Shown: piece after piece, positions 1-12,700 of the stretch | Layout: each line of letters begins with the position of its first letter | Position numbering within the stretch: the stretch's first letter is position 1 | Assembly (NCBI GenBank): GCA_032718475.1 | Contig: JAUCBJ010007821.1 | Coordinates: forward strand, 81,428 to 145,427 | Length of the DNA stretch: 64,000 nucleotides | Reading direction: 5' to 3' | Source: Nemertoderma westbladi | Taxonomy: Eukaryota; Animalia; Xenacoelomorpha | Notes under the pieces: generated by a model | What the model was told of the DNA's origin: nothing | Databases searched by the model: none | Seen by the model: only the letters and a program-made list of their open reading frames with translations | Translations under genes and position numbers: made by a program

Positions 1-527
1 TTAGGCACGCGATCGGCCAATTACTAACTTGTAACAAGTTAAGCACGGGATAGGCCAATTACAATCTTGTAATAAGTTAGGCACGGGATCGACCAATTAC
101 AAACTTGTAGGACGTTAGCCACGGGATCGGCCAATTACAAGTTAGGCACGTGATCGGCCTATCACTAACTCGTAACAAGTTAAGCATGGGATCGACCAAT
201 TACAAACTTGTAACAAATTAGGCACGGGATAGGCCAATTACAATCTTGTAATAAGTTAGGCACGGGATTGACCAATTACAAACTTGTAACTAGTTAGGCG
301 CGGGATCGACCAGTTACAAACTTCTAACATGTTAGGAACGGGATTGACCAATTACAAACTTGTAACAAGTTAGACATGGGATCGGCCAATTACAAACTTG
401 TAATAAGTTAGGCACGGGATTGACCAATTACAAACTTGTAACTAGTTAGGAACGGGATTGACCAATTACATACTTGTAACAAGTTAGGCATGGGATCGAC
501 CAATTACAAACTTGTAACTAGTTAGGC
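1..527. repeat. 38-bp tandem satellite (consensus GTTAGGCACGGGATCGACCAATTACAAACTTGTAACAA); runs off the window start
   Basis: About 14 diverged head-to-tail units at 38-bp period, no spacers. Same unit as 36712-39636. Confidence 0.95.
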
Positions 528-643
528 ATGATACACCACAAATGGATGCCGCTCGCCGCTCCTATAGCGTATCATACTAAAAGTTGCCGCTCACATCGGC
601 CGCTCGCCGCTGCCGCTTGCCGCTCCTGTGGTGTATCATGGCC
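525..643. mobile_element. Small MITE-like element (PIF/Harbinger-like termini)
   Basis: 14-bp inverted repeats CATGATACACCACA (527-540) and TGTGGTGTATCATG (627-640), GGC/GCC ends, internal GCCGCT repeats, TTA/TTTA flanks. Confidence 0.5.
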
Positions 644-644
644 T

Positions 645-2437
645 TTAGGGGGAGCCCCGAAAAGAATGAATACATCCACAAAACAATCAAGAAATACGTG
701 GATCGAGGATAGGAATACCGATAGGACCTACTATTTGCCACTCCATGTGGCTCTGGACCCTAAGAAGGGCAAGTTAAGAATGGTGGTCGAAGCGTCTGCC
801 AAGACAAACGTCAAGAGCCTGAATGACTACCTACTGGAAGGCCCCAATATCTACAACTCGGGGATAGAGGTCCTGTTAAGGTTTAGAAGTGGAAAACACG
901 CCTTCACGTGCGATATAGAGGGCATGTTTAATCAAGTGCGAGTGATGGAGGAGGACAGTGATAGTCAGCGCTTCCTGTGGTACAACGGCGACGAAGAACC
1001 GTCGGAGATACAGATGTACAAGATGGTAGTGCAGAACATGGGGGCCAAGTTGTCCTCGTTTACTACAACTACAGCTGTAAGAGACACGGTGGAGGGCAAA
1101 GAGGAGGAATACAGTGAGAAGGCAATCGATATGATTCGACGCGGATTCTATGTGGATTATGGGATGGGCTCTGGAAACTCGGTTGAAGAGATACTTGATG
1201 TGGGGCACGAAGTTTGCGACATCCTGAATGGATCAGGATTCAACCTTACAAACGTCCAGTCCAACTCTAGAGAATTTATGGAGGCCATAGAAGATAGACA
1301 ACCAGAGGTGAAGATAGATAAACCTACGGCGGTAAAGGGGCAGATTATGGTGGACAAGAGGATATAATCGTAGCAGAAGACGCTAGGGATCGTATGGAAC
1401 CGGGAGACAGATGAGTTGGAGTATCAACTAAGTCAGGAGGGTGCCGGGATCCATACTAAACGAGGCTATGTGTTATACATAGCGAGAATTTACGATCCCC
1501 TAGGCCTAGCATCCACATTGTTAGTCACTGGGAAATAAATATTGAAGAAGGTCTATAAGTTAGAAGATGACTGGGACGCTTTGGTCCCAGTGGAGATAAG
1601 CAAACAATGGGAGAAATGGACAGGGAGCCTCGAAGAGATGGGGATGTATAATATGCCACGTGTATACTTCCCGGACGGGGACATGACCGATTTAGAACTG
1701 CATATGTTTTCCGATGCATCCCTGGAAGCATATGGTGTGGCACTTTATTTGGTACAGCGGAAGGGGACTCATCATAAGCCCAGGCTTGCGTTTAGTAAAG
1801 CGAGGTCGACTCCACCAGATTCAGCATCAGTGCCGAAACTCGAGCTAACGGCTGCGAGATTAGGAGTAAGAGCGACAGCATACTTGGTGGACACGATACC
1901 GAGTATAGTAGAGACGCACTACTGGACAGATTCCATGGTAGTGTTGGGATGGTTGCATACTGAGAAGATACGTAATCCCATATTTGTGGCGAATATGGTG
2001 GATGAGATAAGAGCAACGTCAGACTTGGAGAAATGGCACTACTGCCCAATTGACGACAATCCATCGGATCTGCTATCGAGGGACATTGTATGCCACGCTT
2101 TCTCGAGAAAGCAGGAATTGTGGCAGCATGGCCCGCACTTCCTTAACGATAGGTCGAGCTGGCCATGGATGAGGAAGGTAGACCCAAGTACAGAGGAAGT
2201 GACAGTGGAGGAGGAGGAAGAGGAATCAGAGGGGAAGGAAATATTTAGTCAATTAGTGAGGGAGGTTAAGGAGGCGCCACCGCGATCAAAGCCGAGAGAG
2301 TCGTGCGATAACCCAACGGATAGGTTGCTCAGTTACAGCTCCAGCTGGTATAAGACGAAGAAGCTAGTAGCATATCTGAAGGCCTACGGAGAATTCCTTA
2401 GGGGAGCTGGTAAGGATACCAAAACGAGACCCACCAT
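645..2437 (+). mobile_element. BEL/Pao LTR retrotransposon family 1, degenerate pol (RT-RNase H)
   Basis: ORFs 528-1367 and 1542-2552. RT motifs YYLPLH, SLNDYLLEGP, CDIEGMF, with YVDD mutated to YVDY. RNase H motifs LHMFSDAS, VPKLEL, WTDS, NPSD. Frameshift and stop between the ORFs; cut at 2438 by another element. Confidence 0.9.
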
Positions 2438-3286
2438 TGTAAAGGCTTTTGCGGATCTAGCTAGTTATTTTCACCGCAAAGTACTCTGTAGGTGTTTTAG
2501 TGGATATAAAAAGCCATTTCTTCTGTATGTGTACTTTAGCAGACATAACTAGCTGTGTACTTTAGCGGACATAACTAGCGATCTTATGTCGCAATAGCCA
2601 AAATCCTCTTGATACAGTGTAGTTACCATGACGACATCTAACAGCTGATATGTCCACGTGTAACATTTCTTTGTTCTTTGTTCTTTCTTTGTTCGGTCGA
2701 CCAATCAGAGCGTTTTTTGACTCTGTGTTGGAGATGGTATACAGAAACTCATGCAATTCAATCAGTATGTGTATTTTGTCCACAGCCAGAAGACCGGCTT
2801 TGGAATATCTGTGGTTTCAGGCTTTAGCCAAACATTAGTAGGCTTGATCATAGAAACGTATAACTGTTATCTAACTAATCAAATCGCAACACAAACTAAT
2901 CACAAGTTAGTGTGTCAAATCATATTGTCAACTACAAACACCGCATTTTTACTGCTATTTACTGTCGGTTATTCATTATATCAGTTGATGGAATATTGTT
3001 ATATTTGGATAATATCGATCAATAATCAGAAACCCCAATCTTCTTGATATACTGAAGGTTAGAGAGACCGGTTACATATAACAATTGCGACTTACATTAA
3101 AGTGGTTTGGAGTGAATCTAATGCTATTTCATAGGCACTACATGAGTCGGTTGTTGTTCTCTTTATATGTGAATAAGAATAAGCTCAGAATAAGCTGTAG
3201 GCCTGCCGACAATAAGACCAAGAAAGATACCGGTACTAGGCCTATACAGTTTTTATCCCTGAGTCAGACTACAGCCAGACAGCACA

Positions 3287-6200
3287 ATGTCCCCGCTCTT
3301 AATCTCCACAGTTTTCATCGTTCTGGGTCGTTTCGTTGTGGCAGAACCATCCGATCCGCGGGGTAACCCTGCAACCCACCCAATACCCGTATTGGACTGG
3401 TTTGCGGAACACCCTGTCGCTACCGTTTCGAACTGCCGCGCCGAATCGACGGAGATGTGGTCGACGAGTGGATTTAGCCTCTACTGCTCTCGTCGGGGAA
3501 GAAGATCTTGGGTCTCCTCTCCACGATCTAGAGGCCTAATCGCTAATCTCTGTCTACTGTCTCTGGCTGGGGATATTGAGACCAACCCAGGACCCAGCAG
3601 GACGCGGGCCCCGAAGATCAACTGTCCCGTCTGTCAACGAGGAACAAACTCTCGGAGTAAGATCGTCCAATGCGAGAGTTGTGACACATTTGTACATTTA
3701 AAATGTTACCGTAGGAAACGCAGTTATTTATTCTCCACCAGAAACAATCTTGAACCAAGTTTTCTCTGCAATAGCTGTATTTTTACCGAACTTCCCTTTC
3801 ATGATACAATTTTAGAATCAGAAACCGACGATTCATTTCTCACATCGCCTCTGCAAACTCCAAGTGATGCTGAGAGTGAAACTTTTAATTTTTTTAAGAA
3901 AAAAGGTCTGCATTTTTTGCACTTAAACGCACGATCTCTGCTTCCAAAACTTTCCGAAATTCGTATTTTAATCAATAAATCCAACCCAGCAGTTTTAACA
4001 ATCTCTGAAACTTGGCTCGATGATAGTGTTTCTGATGGAGAAATTTATATTGATAATTACGTAGTTTTACGTAAGGATAGGGACAGACACGGTGGTGGTG
4101 TCTGTACTTACATTCGATGTGATTTAGCTTTTAATCGTAGGGAAGATTTAGAGACTTGTGACGAAGTTTTACTGGTGGAACTTTTACTTCCTAAAACTAA
4201 ACCTATTTTAATCGGTACTTTATATCGGCCCCCTAAACAATCAGATTTTTTGCAAAATTTTGAAAATACAATTTTATGTAATCTTAGGTCAGACTGTGAA
4301 ATATATTTCTTAGGTGATTTTAATATCTGTTACCATCACAAAGCATCCCCCATCTGTAAACAGTACCAAAGTATTTTAAATTTGTTTGGTTTAAAACAAA
4401 TTATTCGAGATTCTACCAGAATTACCAGTAAAACTTCTACTTTACTAGATCACATCCTTTGTAATAATACCGATATTATTTCTCAATCTGGGGTTTTACC
4501 TATAGGTCTAAGCGATCATTTTATAGTTTTTTGCACAAGAAAGACACACAAATCTTTTTTCGGGGATCATAAAACAGTAACAGTTAGGTCTATGAAAAAT
4601 TACAGCAAGGAACGCTTTTTAAGTTTGTTAGTTAATTCTGACTGGGAACCCTGTTTTAAGGCCGCTGACATTAACCTTGCGTACACTGTTTTTAAAGATA
4701 TATTTTTAAAGGCTCTTAATACTGTAGCACCAATTAAAGAAATTAGTCTTAAACAACGCACTGAGCCCTGGATGACCTCGGGTATTCTTAGTAATATCAG
4801 AGAAAGAGATAACTATTTGTATAAATTTAGGAAATACCGTGTTTTAGCTGATTATAATAATTACTGCAAATATAGAAACCTTGTCCAACGGGAAATAAAA
4901 AAAGCTAAATCTGAATATTTGTACAACAAAATAAGTGAGAATAAAGATAATCCTAAAAGTCTATGGTCTACCCTAAAATCTTTAGGTTATAAAAACCTTA
5001 AATCTAAATCGAATATTGTTCTGCAAGATAACGGTGAGCTGATTCATGATCATACTCTAGTTAGTAATTTATTTAATAATTATTTTACTAATGTTGCCTC
5101 TAATTTAGTTAAGAAATTACCGTTATCAAGTAATAAATATAGTATAGGGTCCGAAACTCTAAATAATTTTTATTTAGAAAAGTTACAAAATTCAGAAAAG
5201 TTATTTTTAAAACCCGTTTCTGAGGATTTCGTTTTTAAAAATCTACTTAGCCTATCAGCCTCAAAAAGTACCGGTCTAGATCTAATACCTGCCCGTTTTC
5301 TTAAGGATGGTGCTGAAGTACTTAAAGTGCCTATTACTTTTATTATTAATTACTCTATCGTAGATAATGTAGTACCAGACGAACTGAAATTAGCTAAGGT
5401 TGTTCCTCTGTATAAAAAGAATAGTAAAGTAGAACCCTGTAATTACAGACCTGTTAGTATCTTAAGTATTGTATCTAAAATTCTAGAACGTTCTGTTTTT
5501 CTACAGCTGGAGGCACATCTTAGTAGGCTAAATCTGATCTATGAACTTCAGTCCGGTTTTCGTAAATCATATTCTACAGACACCTGCCTTATTAACTTAA
5601 CTGATACAATTAGATGTAATAACGCAAAGGGTTTATATACTGGTATGGTAATGTTGGACCTACAAAAGGCTTTCGATACTGTAGATCACGAAATTCTGCT
5701 TGGTAAGTTAGGCCTGATGGGTATAGGTTCTATAGACTGGTTCAAGTCCTACCTGTCAGACAGAGGTCAAACTGTAGTCATTAGCAAATCGCTGTCTACT
5801 GTACAAGAGATTACCTGTGGTGTACCGCAAGGTAGTATATTAGGTCCTCTGCTTTTTGTATGCTATGTAAATGATATGATAAGTAGTATAGATCCCGATT
5901 TTAAACTGATTTTATATGCCGACGACAGTGCTCTTATTTTCTCTCATAAAGATCCTATCCATATTTCCCAAAAGTTAAGTGCAGTTCTAGAATCCTGTAA
6001 TGAGTGGTTGGTTGATAATAAGCTATCCATTCACTACGGTAAAACTGAAAGTATTTTGTTTGGTTCCAAAAGAAAGTTAAAGAAGGTAACTAAGTTTGAA
6101 GTCACTAGTAATGGACATAAGATTGAAAATAAAAAGGAAGTTAAATATTTAGGCGCCACATTGGATAACTGCTTATCAGGAGAAAGTACAGTGAAAAATA

Positions 6201-6436
6201 TTTTCTCGAAAGTTAACAGTAGGCTTAGGTTTCTATACAGAAATAAAAATAGTTTGAACACCGACTCCCGCAAGTTACTTTGCTCTTCTTTAATACAGTG
6301 TCACATGGACTATGCGTGCTCTTCTTGGTATGAAGGCTTAACCAAACAGCTTAAATGTAAATTACAAGTAGCTCAGAATAAAGTAGTACGATTTATTAAA
6401 GACTACAAACCTAGGCACCACCTAACTCCAGATTAA
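3287..6436 (+). CDS. LINE ORF2: leader + 2A-like motif + PHD finger + APE endonuclease + reverse transcriptase
   Basis: GDIETNPGP; C4HC3 PHD-like Cys pattern; APE motifs HLNARS, SETWL, YRPP, GDFN, SDH; RT motifs [26 protein letters not shown]. Confidence 0.93.
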   Translation: MSPLLISTVFIVLGRFVVAEPSDPRGNPATHPIPVLDWFAEHPVATVSNCRAESTEMWSTSGFSLYCSRRGRRSWVSSPRSRGLIANLCLLSLAGDIETNPGPSRTRAPKINCPVCQRGTNSRSKIVQCESCDTFVHLKCYRRKRSYLFSTRNNLEPSFLCNSCIFTELPFHDTILESETDDSFLTSPLQTPSDAESETFNFFKKKGLHFLHLNARSLLPKLSEIRILINKSNPAVLTISETWLDDSVSDGEIYIDNYVVLRKDRDRHGGGVCTYIRCDLAFNRREDLETCDEVLLVELLLPKTKPILIGTLYRPPKQSDFLQNFENTILCNLRSDCEIYFLGDFNICYHHKASPICKQYQSILNLFGLKQIIRDSTRITSKTSTLLDHILCNNTDIISQSGVLPIGLSDHFIVFCTRKTHKSFFGDHKTVTVRSMKNYSKERFLSLLVNSDWEPCFKAADINLAYTVFKDIFLKALNTVAPIKEISLKQRTEPWMTSGILSNIRERDNYLYKFRKYRVLADYNNYCKYRNLVQREIKKAKSEYLYNKISENKDNPKSLWSTLKSLGYKNLKSKSNIVLQDNGELIHDHTLVSNLFNNYFTNVASNLVKKLPLSSNKYSIGSETLNNFYLEKLQNSEKLFLKPVSEDFVFKNLLSLSASKSTGLDLIPARFLKDGAEVLKVPITFIINYSIVDNVVPDELKLAKVVPLYKKNSKVEPCNYRPVSILSIVSKILERSVFLQLEAHLSRLNLIYELQSGFRKSYSTDTCLINLTDTIRCNNAKGLYTGMVMLDLQKAFDTVDHEILLGKLGLMGIGSIDWFKSYLSDRGQTVVISKSLSTVQEITCGVPQGSILGPLLFVCYVNDMISSIDPDFKLILYADDSALIFSHKDPIHISQKLSAVLESCNEWLVDNKLSIHYGKTESILFGSKRKLKKVTKFEVTSNGHKIENKKEVKYLGATLDNCLSGESTVKNIFSKVNSRLRFLYRNKNSLNTDSRKLLCSSLIQCHMDYACSSWYEGLTKQLKCKLQVAQNKVVRFIKDYKPRHHLTPD

Positions 6437-6743
6437 GCAGCTACGCCTTAACCATGTGCATAAAGTGTATAATGGTAAATGTCCCAATTACCTAAAACAA
6501 AAATTCAACAGAGTACGCGATACACACTCTTACAGTACCAGAGCTAGTGCTTCAAACTTCTACCTCCCGAATTGTAAATCCTTTGAATCTGATACTTTCT
6601 TTTTTAACGGCATAAAAAATTGGAACGCTCTGCCTAATGAAATTAAAAACCTAAATAATCAACATTCTTTTAAATCTGCAGTTAAATCTCATCTCCGTGT
6701 GCAATGTAAAAATAGGTACAATAGTCCTACAGTAAGTTATTAG
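6434..6743 (+). pseudogene. Frameshifted C-terminal remainder of the LINE ORF2
   Basis: [14 protein letters not shown]...HSYSTR...WNALP...FK is a typical CR1/L2 ORF2 C-terminus, out of frame with the main ORF. Confidence 0.75.
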
Positions 6744-7812
6744 TTTATTAATTATTTACTATTTATACTGTAATTACGTTTTATATTAAATTATTCTGTA
6801 CATTACATCTTTATCGTTGAGTCGGGCATTGTCACGCTCTCGGTAAAGTTGTACATGTACATAGTGTAATTACGTTTTATATTGGTTTTAGGTTAGCGTA
6901 GTGTAATATTGTATTTGTAACCAAGTAACATAAAGGACCCCCTTGGAAATAAGCTGCAAAGCTTTAGGGGTAATCCTATATGTTATGTTGGACAATACCT
7001 TTATACCGGTACATTGTTTGGTGTATTTGTTATTGTTTTTACATAATGTATAAATAAATCTATCTATCTATAATCTATCTATGTGACTAAAATTAGTGAA
7101 GGTCGGCAGATCGGTGTGCAGCATTGTGCAGTAGTGTGCATGATTGTGACTGATAACAAAGCATCTCCTAAAGAATGCGCTTTATACGTGAATCCATAGC
7201 CATCCCGTTGTGTCTAGTATAAGTCATAACTCTTTTTACATATTTAGAGCGCCACGTCCTAAAGGAACTGTTAATATTTCCCCAAAGTGAATAATATTTG
7301 TCAGAAATTATATATTAACAATCAGTCGAATAATACAGTAGGCCTACACCGCAATAAGGTCAAAGCTTCCGAATCCAGTCTCCCGGGTATATCCAGCGGG
7401 TGAATGGTCGCGCATAGACTGGCTTCGGCTAATGTAGTGTATCAAATACTCGTCATAGGCTAAAGTCGATTTATAATCTAGAAGACACCTAAATTTGGCA
7501 GGTTAAACTGCTAAAGGTCTGAAAGCGCGAACAATAACAGTTATTGCTTCTGTATTGCAGTAGGCAATAAAGCTGAAGTACCGGTCAACCGGTACCCAGT
7601 AGGCCTGACTGTCTAACTACCCGAACCGGTACTTACAGCAGTACAGGTACAGCAGTATTATTCGATTTTGATAATTATATACCGGTAGGTCTTAATAAGT
7701 AATCGGGGACGCCTGGTTTTTATTGGGATTTTACTTAGGCCTATTTCTGTCAGTTTTATTTATTTGTAGGCCAATATTGAGCAGAAGGCGTGTAAGCCTG
7801 CTCAGATTGTAC

Positions 7813-8390
7813 AGATAATTTGTAGGCTGGATTGTTGTCTGACTGTTGTTAAGTCTGAAGAGATTGCGGTGTGTGTAGAGTGTATGTCCGATAAAGTACT
7901 AGTTAGGAATGTAGGGGCTTCCAGTGCTGTGAGGTAAATCCCCTCGAAAGAATAAGTCGTACTACTCAGTTAGAACGCATACTAACTAACCATTTCGGAG
8001 TCTGCATATACTGTAGTTTGTTTGGGCTTGATAGTAGTCTGCCAGCCTTTGGTCTGTATTTTGTATGTGTAGTCTGTACGGGTAGCGTAATATTTCTTAT
8101 TTAGATAATTTGTAGGCTGGATTGTTGTCTGGCTGTTGTTAGGTCTGAAGAGATTTCGGTGTGTGTAGAGTGTATATCCGATAAATTGCTAGTTAGGAAC
8201 GTAGGGGCTTCCAGTGCTGTGAGGTAAATCCCCTCGAAAGAATAAGTCGTACTACTCGGTTAGAACGCATACTAACTAACCATTTCGGAGTCTGCATATA
8301 CTGTAGTTTGTTTGGGTTTGATAGTAGTCTGCCAGCGTTTGGTCTGTATTTTGTTTGAGTAGTCTGTACGCGTAGCGTAATATTTATTAT
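7813..8390. repeat. Two-copy ~290-bp tandem duplication in the BEL-A leader
   Basis: AGATAATTTGTAGGCTGG... starts at 7813 and 8103. Same duplication in the paralog (about 54510 and 54799). Confidence 0.85.
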
Positions 8391-9723
8391 TCAGAGTTTA
8401 TGCGATTATTCGCAACATTCATATCCCCAAGTTTATTCATACAGTAATTGTGCTTGTTGTACATACCGTTATAGTTAAATTAACCCCGGTACTACATCAG
8501 GGCTGCTTGGCGTAGGTAAAGACTGGTGATTTTGTGCCCCGGTCACTCCAGCAGATACCGTGGTTCTTTTAGCTGTACAAGTATTTCTAACTGCTGATTA
8601 TTTGTTGTATAAGTACTTGTACCTAATTTAGGGTTTAGTGTACAATGCTTTCCGAAGGTAATTAGTGTGTAGGCAGTATATTTGTGTTGTAAAGTGGTTA
8701 ATAGGCACGTTGGTTCTGGTAGACCGCGGTAATTAACTTCTAGGTAGGAACACTCCGTGATACATAACGTAGTACTTATAGCGATACGGCTATAAGTCGT
8801 CAGACGGTGGTATTTTTCCTATCTGGACAACGCAGTATATTTACTACTGCTTTGTTATTTTCAAATACCGTAGTACCCTGTCCGTTGTAATAACCAGATA
8901 TTCTAACCCTTTGTTAGGCTGGTTTGTAGACTTCTTGTAAAATTACCCTAAAAATTCGTACGTGTAATTTTTGTGTTTATTTAGAGATTGTAATCTCACC
9001 CCGAATTGTACGTAATTTGTAGTATTAAGTAACTTAGGTAAATTAGAATTATTTGTTTTAGTGTCCAACAAGTAGCACTTCACTGAGAGCGTACTGCTTC
9101 TGTGTAGTGACTCCTTCCCAGAAATAATAACATTTATTTCAAATATTGACAAAACCCATTATACGGGTATATATATATTATAAATCAACTCAAACCGATT
9201 TATAAAATAGTAGGCCTGTCTTACAACAATTAGGTCTTAATGTCAGTTGGACTACTGCTTAAATAACGGTAATCAAGTAAAGTAAAGTAACCAAGTAACC
9301 CCTAAAAGTCAGAAATTCAATTATTCTAAAATAATTGACATACCGGTATTTACAATAGGCTTATTATATTTATTTCTATCAATTTAGGCTGAAATTATAC
9401 CGGTATTCTGTAATTAATTCTAGTCCATAATTATACTTATATATATTATAAGTGTAAGCTGTATACCGGTATTCACGATAGGCCTATTATATATTTATAT
9501 ATATTTGTGCTGAAATTACATACCGGTATTCTGTGACAAATCTAGTCTGTAATAATACTTATATATATACTATAAGCATACCGGTATTCTAATATATTAT
9601 ATATATATCACGTTACATAGAGTAATGATATCGGTAATTAATTACTAGGCTAATGGTGATACTGAATCACTAGACTTGCTTAAACTGTAATATAGCAGTC
9701 GGCATTCAACTGTACAAACAAAC

Positions 9724-12700
9724 ATGTCTGACACAAAGCAAAACCTGTCAGACAGTCTCCTAGATACAACTATCTGTGATCCAGATAGGAGTGTGGAACG
9801 TGTGAGACCGAAGTTCAACTCACCTCCTACTGTAAGAAAGATCATCCCTCCAGTAGTAATATCAGACCCTAGGCTAGTCCAACACCGTAGGTCTATCATA
9901 GGCACTCGAGCTCAGGTCAAGCGGGACCAAGAAGCAGTGGAACAGCAGCAACACTCGAGCCAAGAACTTATTTCTCAGCGGCCCGACAGCTCCAGTAGCG
10001 CGGATACTGTAGAGCTGACACCCGAGCGTGGAGCTAAGATGGCAGATGCGGTTTATTCGGATCCCCTTCTCATCCTTCCTGCAGCCGTACTCACTAGGGT
10101 ATTGATTGCGGTGGAGGAACACCAGATTGATTGGGCGAGAAGTAAGCGATCGACCAAGGATAGTTATGCGGGATACACAAGGGGAGAACTGAAGTCTATT
10201 GTCGAGTCGCAATGGAACTTCCCCGGACCCGGACTCCCGTTTGACTTATCGGAAGCTGCCTGGGAAGACATACACAGGATGGGAGTGACAAAGGAAACCA
10301 GCGATCCAGCTGTGTGGAAGAGGTCAGCAGCAGGATACGTACAGGGATTCTTCAGCTCTATGGAGCGATTAAAGGAACAACTGTTTCGACAACCCCAAGG
10401 ACCTCAAGAGCAGGGAGAGCTGCTTTATCAAGTTAGAGAAAGAATTCTACGAATCAGACTAATCTTATTGGCCTTTGAGGAGGCTTCAAAAAGAAGACAA
10501 GACACGTCGTTGCAAGTTGCCGTAAAGACTTGGTTTCAGCGGTTAAGTCTCCAAGTTCAAGGAACTGCACAGTGGAAATCTCAGCTGGCTGAGCGCTCAA
10601 CCCATGGAGAATCAACAGATGCTACATTTTCCCAAGTGGAAAGTGAAGCGGCGGCAGAGAAACCGCATGAGAGGGACGCTATTGACATCTATCTGTCAGA
10701 CTATCAACGATTTATAGGTGACGAAGAGTTGAGGAGACGGCTGTCTGGACTTAGCCCTAATAGTGAAGGAGCCAAGCTTGTGTTGGACGCAATCGATGCG
10801 GATATGATAGCTGCGAACCAAGCTAAATTTGATGAAAGGCTCCGCATCGCTAGGGTCCAAGAAGAACAAGTCAAGAAAAAACGTATAGAAGACAGAAAGA
10901 CAGCAGCAGCGGCAATGGCAGCGGCAGAAGCGGAAAGAAAGGCGGCAGAGGCAGCGGCAGAGGCAAAAGCGGCAGCGGCAGAGGCAAAAGCGGCAGCGGC
11001 AGAATCGGAAAGAAAGATAGCAGTGGCAGAAGCAGAACGAAGAGCATCTGAAGAGACCACCCAACTAGAATTGGAAAATATTCAAGAGAATCAAGACTGC
11101 ATAAATAAACAGTTAACAGCTAGTCAAATGCAGATGATGAGTCGATCTACTCCCAAAAGGCAGGGATTTACATCATCTGATGAAGGCGATACCACCGATC
11201 CTGAAGGCGGAGGAAATAGATCTCGTCTAAGTAGGCGTAGAAGAATGTCCCACCGTCAGAAATTGCCTGATTTGCCCCCAGCTGTTAGAAGGCAACTAAC
11301 TAACACAGACTTAGGTAGTACAGAACCCACAGACCAAATAATTAAAATAGAAAGACTCCCTACTATAGTAGATGAGCCTGAAATAATTAGGCCTGTTCTC
11401 GAAGCCACCCCTTCGGTGATAGAGACACCTGTACTCCCAGAACCTATCTCTAAATTCCCCTTGCATAGCACTAAGCTACCTGTGCCTAGCAGAACAGCCC
11501 ATGAGACAGTTCCTGTTCTGGACTCCGAGCGAAATATCAATGATTTGTCGCCCGTTGTCCCCCGTCCACTCGCTACTACGTTGGCGGCTCCCACTTCGGC
11601 GGTCGAGTGGGTGGATGAGAGACGGCGGGGGATGGATCTCCTGCTCGGGCAGATGCAGGAGACTGTTCAGCAGTTCAAGGGCACAGTAAGGGAAAGTAGG
11701 TTAGAGTTGCAAGAAGTGCAGCAAAGTATCGCGTTAGAACGCGATAAATTAGTAAATACACAAAAGGGTATACCACCACCCCCTGTAACAATGTGTCAAC
11801 CTGTTAGGTCTGAAGTATTTCATGCGCAAGGTGTGGAGCCTACACGCATCTATACTGCTAGTGAAGTGGAAACTCCTATAGTAAACACTATTAAGGGTAA
11901 TTATAAACCTGTTGACAATGATATTCCATATAGACTTGATAATAATCCGAGAAATTTATATACCGATAACTCGATATTAAATAACACGATGGCCCAAGAA
12001 AGTTTTACGCGTCAAATGGCTAGAACCGAAGCGCGTCAAGCGGTAAAGGTGGGAGAGATCGTCAAGTTCAATGGAGATGAGATGAAATGGTTACCTTTCA
12101 ATGAATATTACAAAGATAACATACAGAACTCTGTGCTATCTAACGGAGAGAAACTTAGATTCCTCATCGAGTGCTTGGAAGGATCTCCCAAGTTAATGGC
12201 GTTAAAGTTTATTGGACATCCAGATGGATTAAGACAAGTTTGGGATACCCTAAACATCAGGTATGGTAATAGGAATAACATAGCTAGGTATTTGTATGCA
12301 AAATTGGTAGCCCCCCGAAAGTTCATTATCAGCGGGATTATAGAGTTTTCCGACGAGATTCAAGAGATCTGTAGACAATTAGATTGGCTAGGTAAGTCTC
12401 ATGAATATCAGAGTTCTATGGTTATTGGAGCCGTGGCCTCTACTTTACCTAAGGGTGGAGTAGGCACACGCTGGGATAAGAAAGTGTTATATATGATGGA
12501 ACATCAAAGACGAGACCCTACCATGGCTGATCTCATGTCATTCTTAGATGGAGAAGTAAAATTACAGCTCCTAAAGCAGTCCAGAGAGAAGACACCGGAA
12601 AACAAGGTAAGTGAGAAACCCGTTTCTAGGAGAAAAGTAACACCAGTGTGTTATACCGACGACGGCGAAAGCCAGGCTTCTCAAGAAGAAGACAGCGGGA

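Larger units (their letters stand above)
3173..7079 (+). mobile_element. CR1/L2-group non-LTR retrotransposon inserted in the BEL-A LTR/leader
   Basis: 7-bp TSD TATGTGA (3166-3172, 7080-7086). Empty site in the paralogous leader near 53690. AATAAA plus (ATCT)n tail; 3' stem-loop near 6933-6978. Confidence 0.92.

Noticed and set aside
8485-8530. LTR end (TACA) followed by a PBS (TGGCGTAG)
   Set aside because: TGG is not adjacent to the CA, the match to a tRNA 3' end is short, and there is no 3' LTR in the window to confirm the boundary.
10696-11064. Cys/Arg-rich and poly-Ala minus-strand ORFs (also 57413-57774 and 61973-62334)
   Set aside because: Antisense shadows of the GCA/GCG/GAG repeat in gag.
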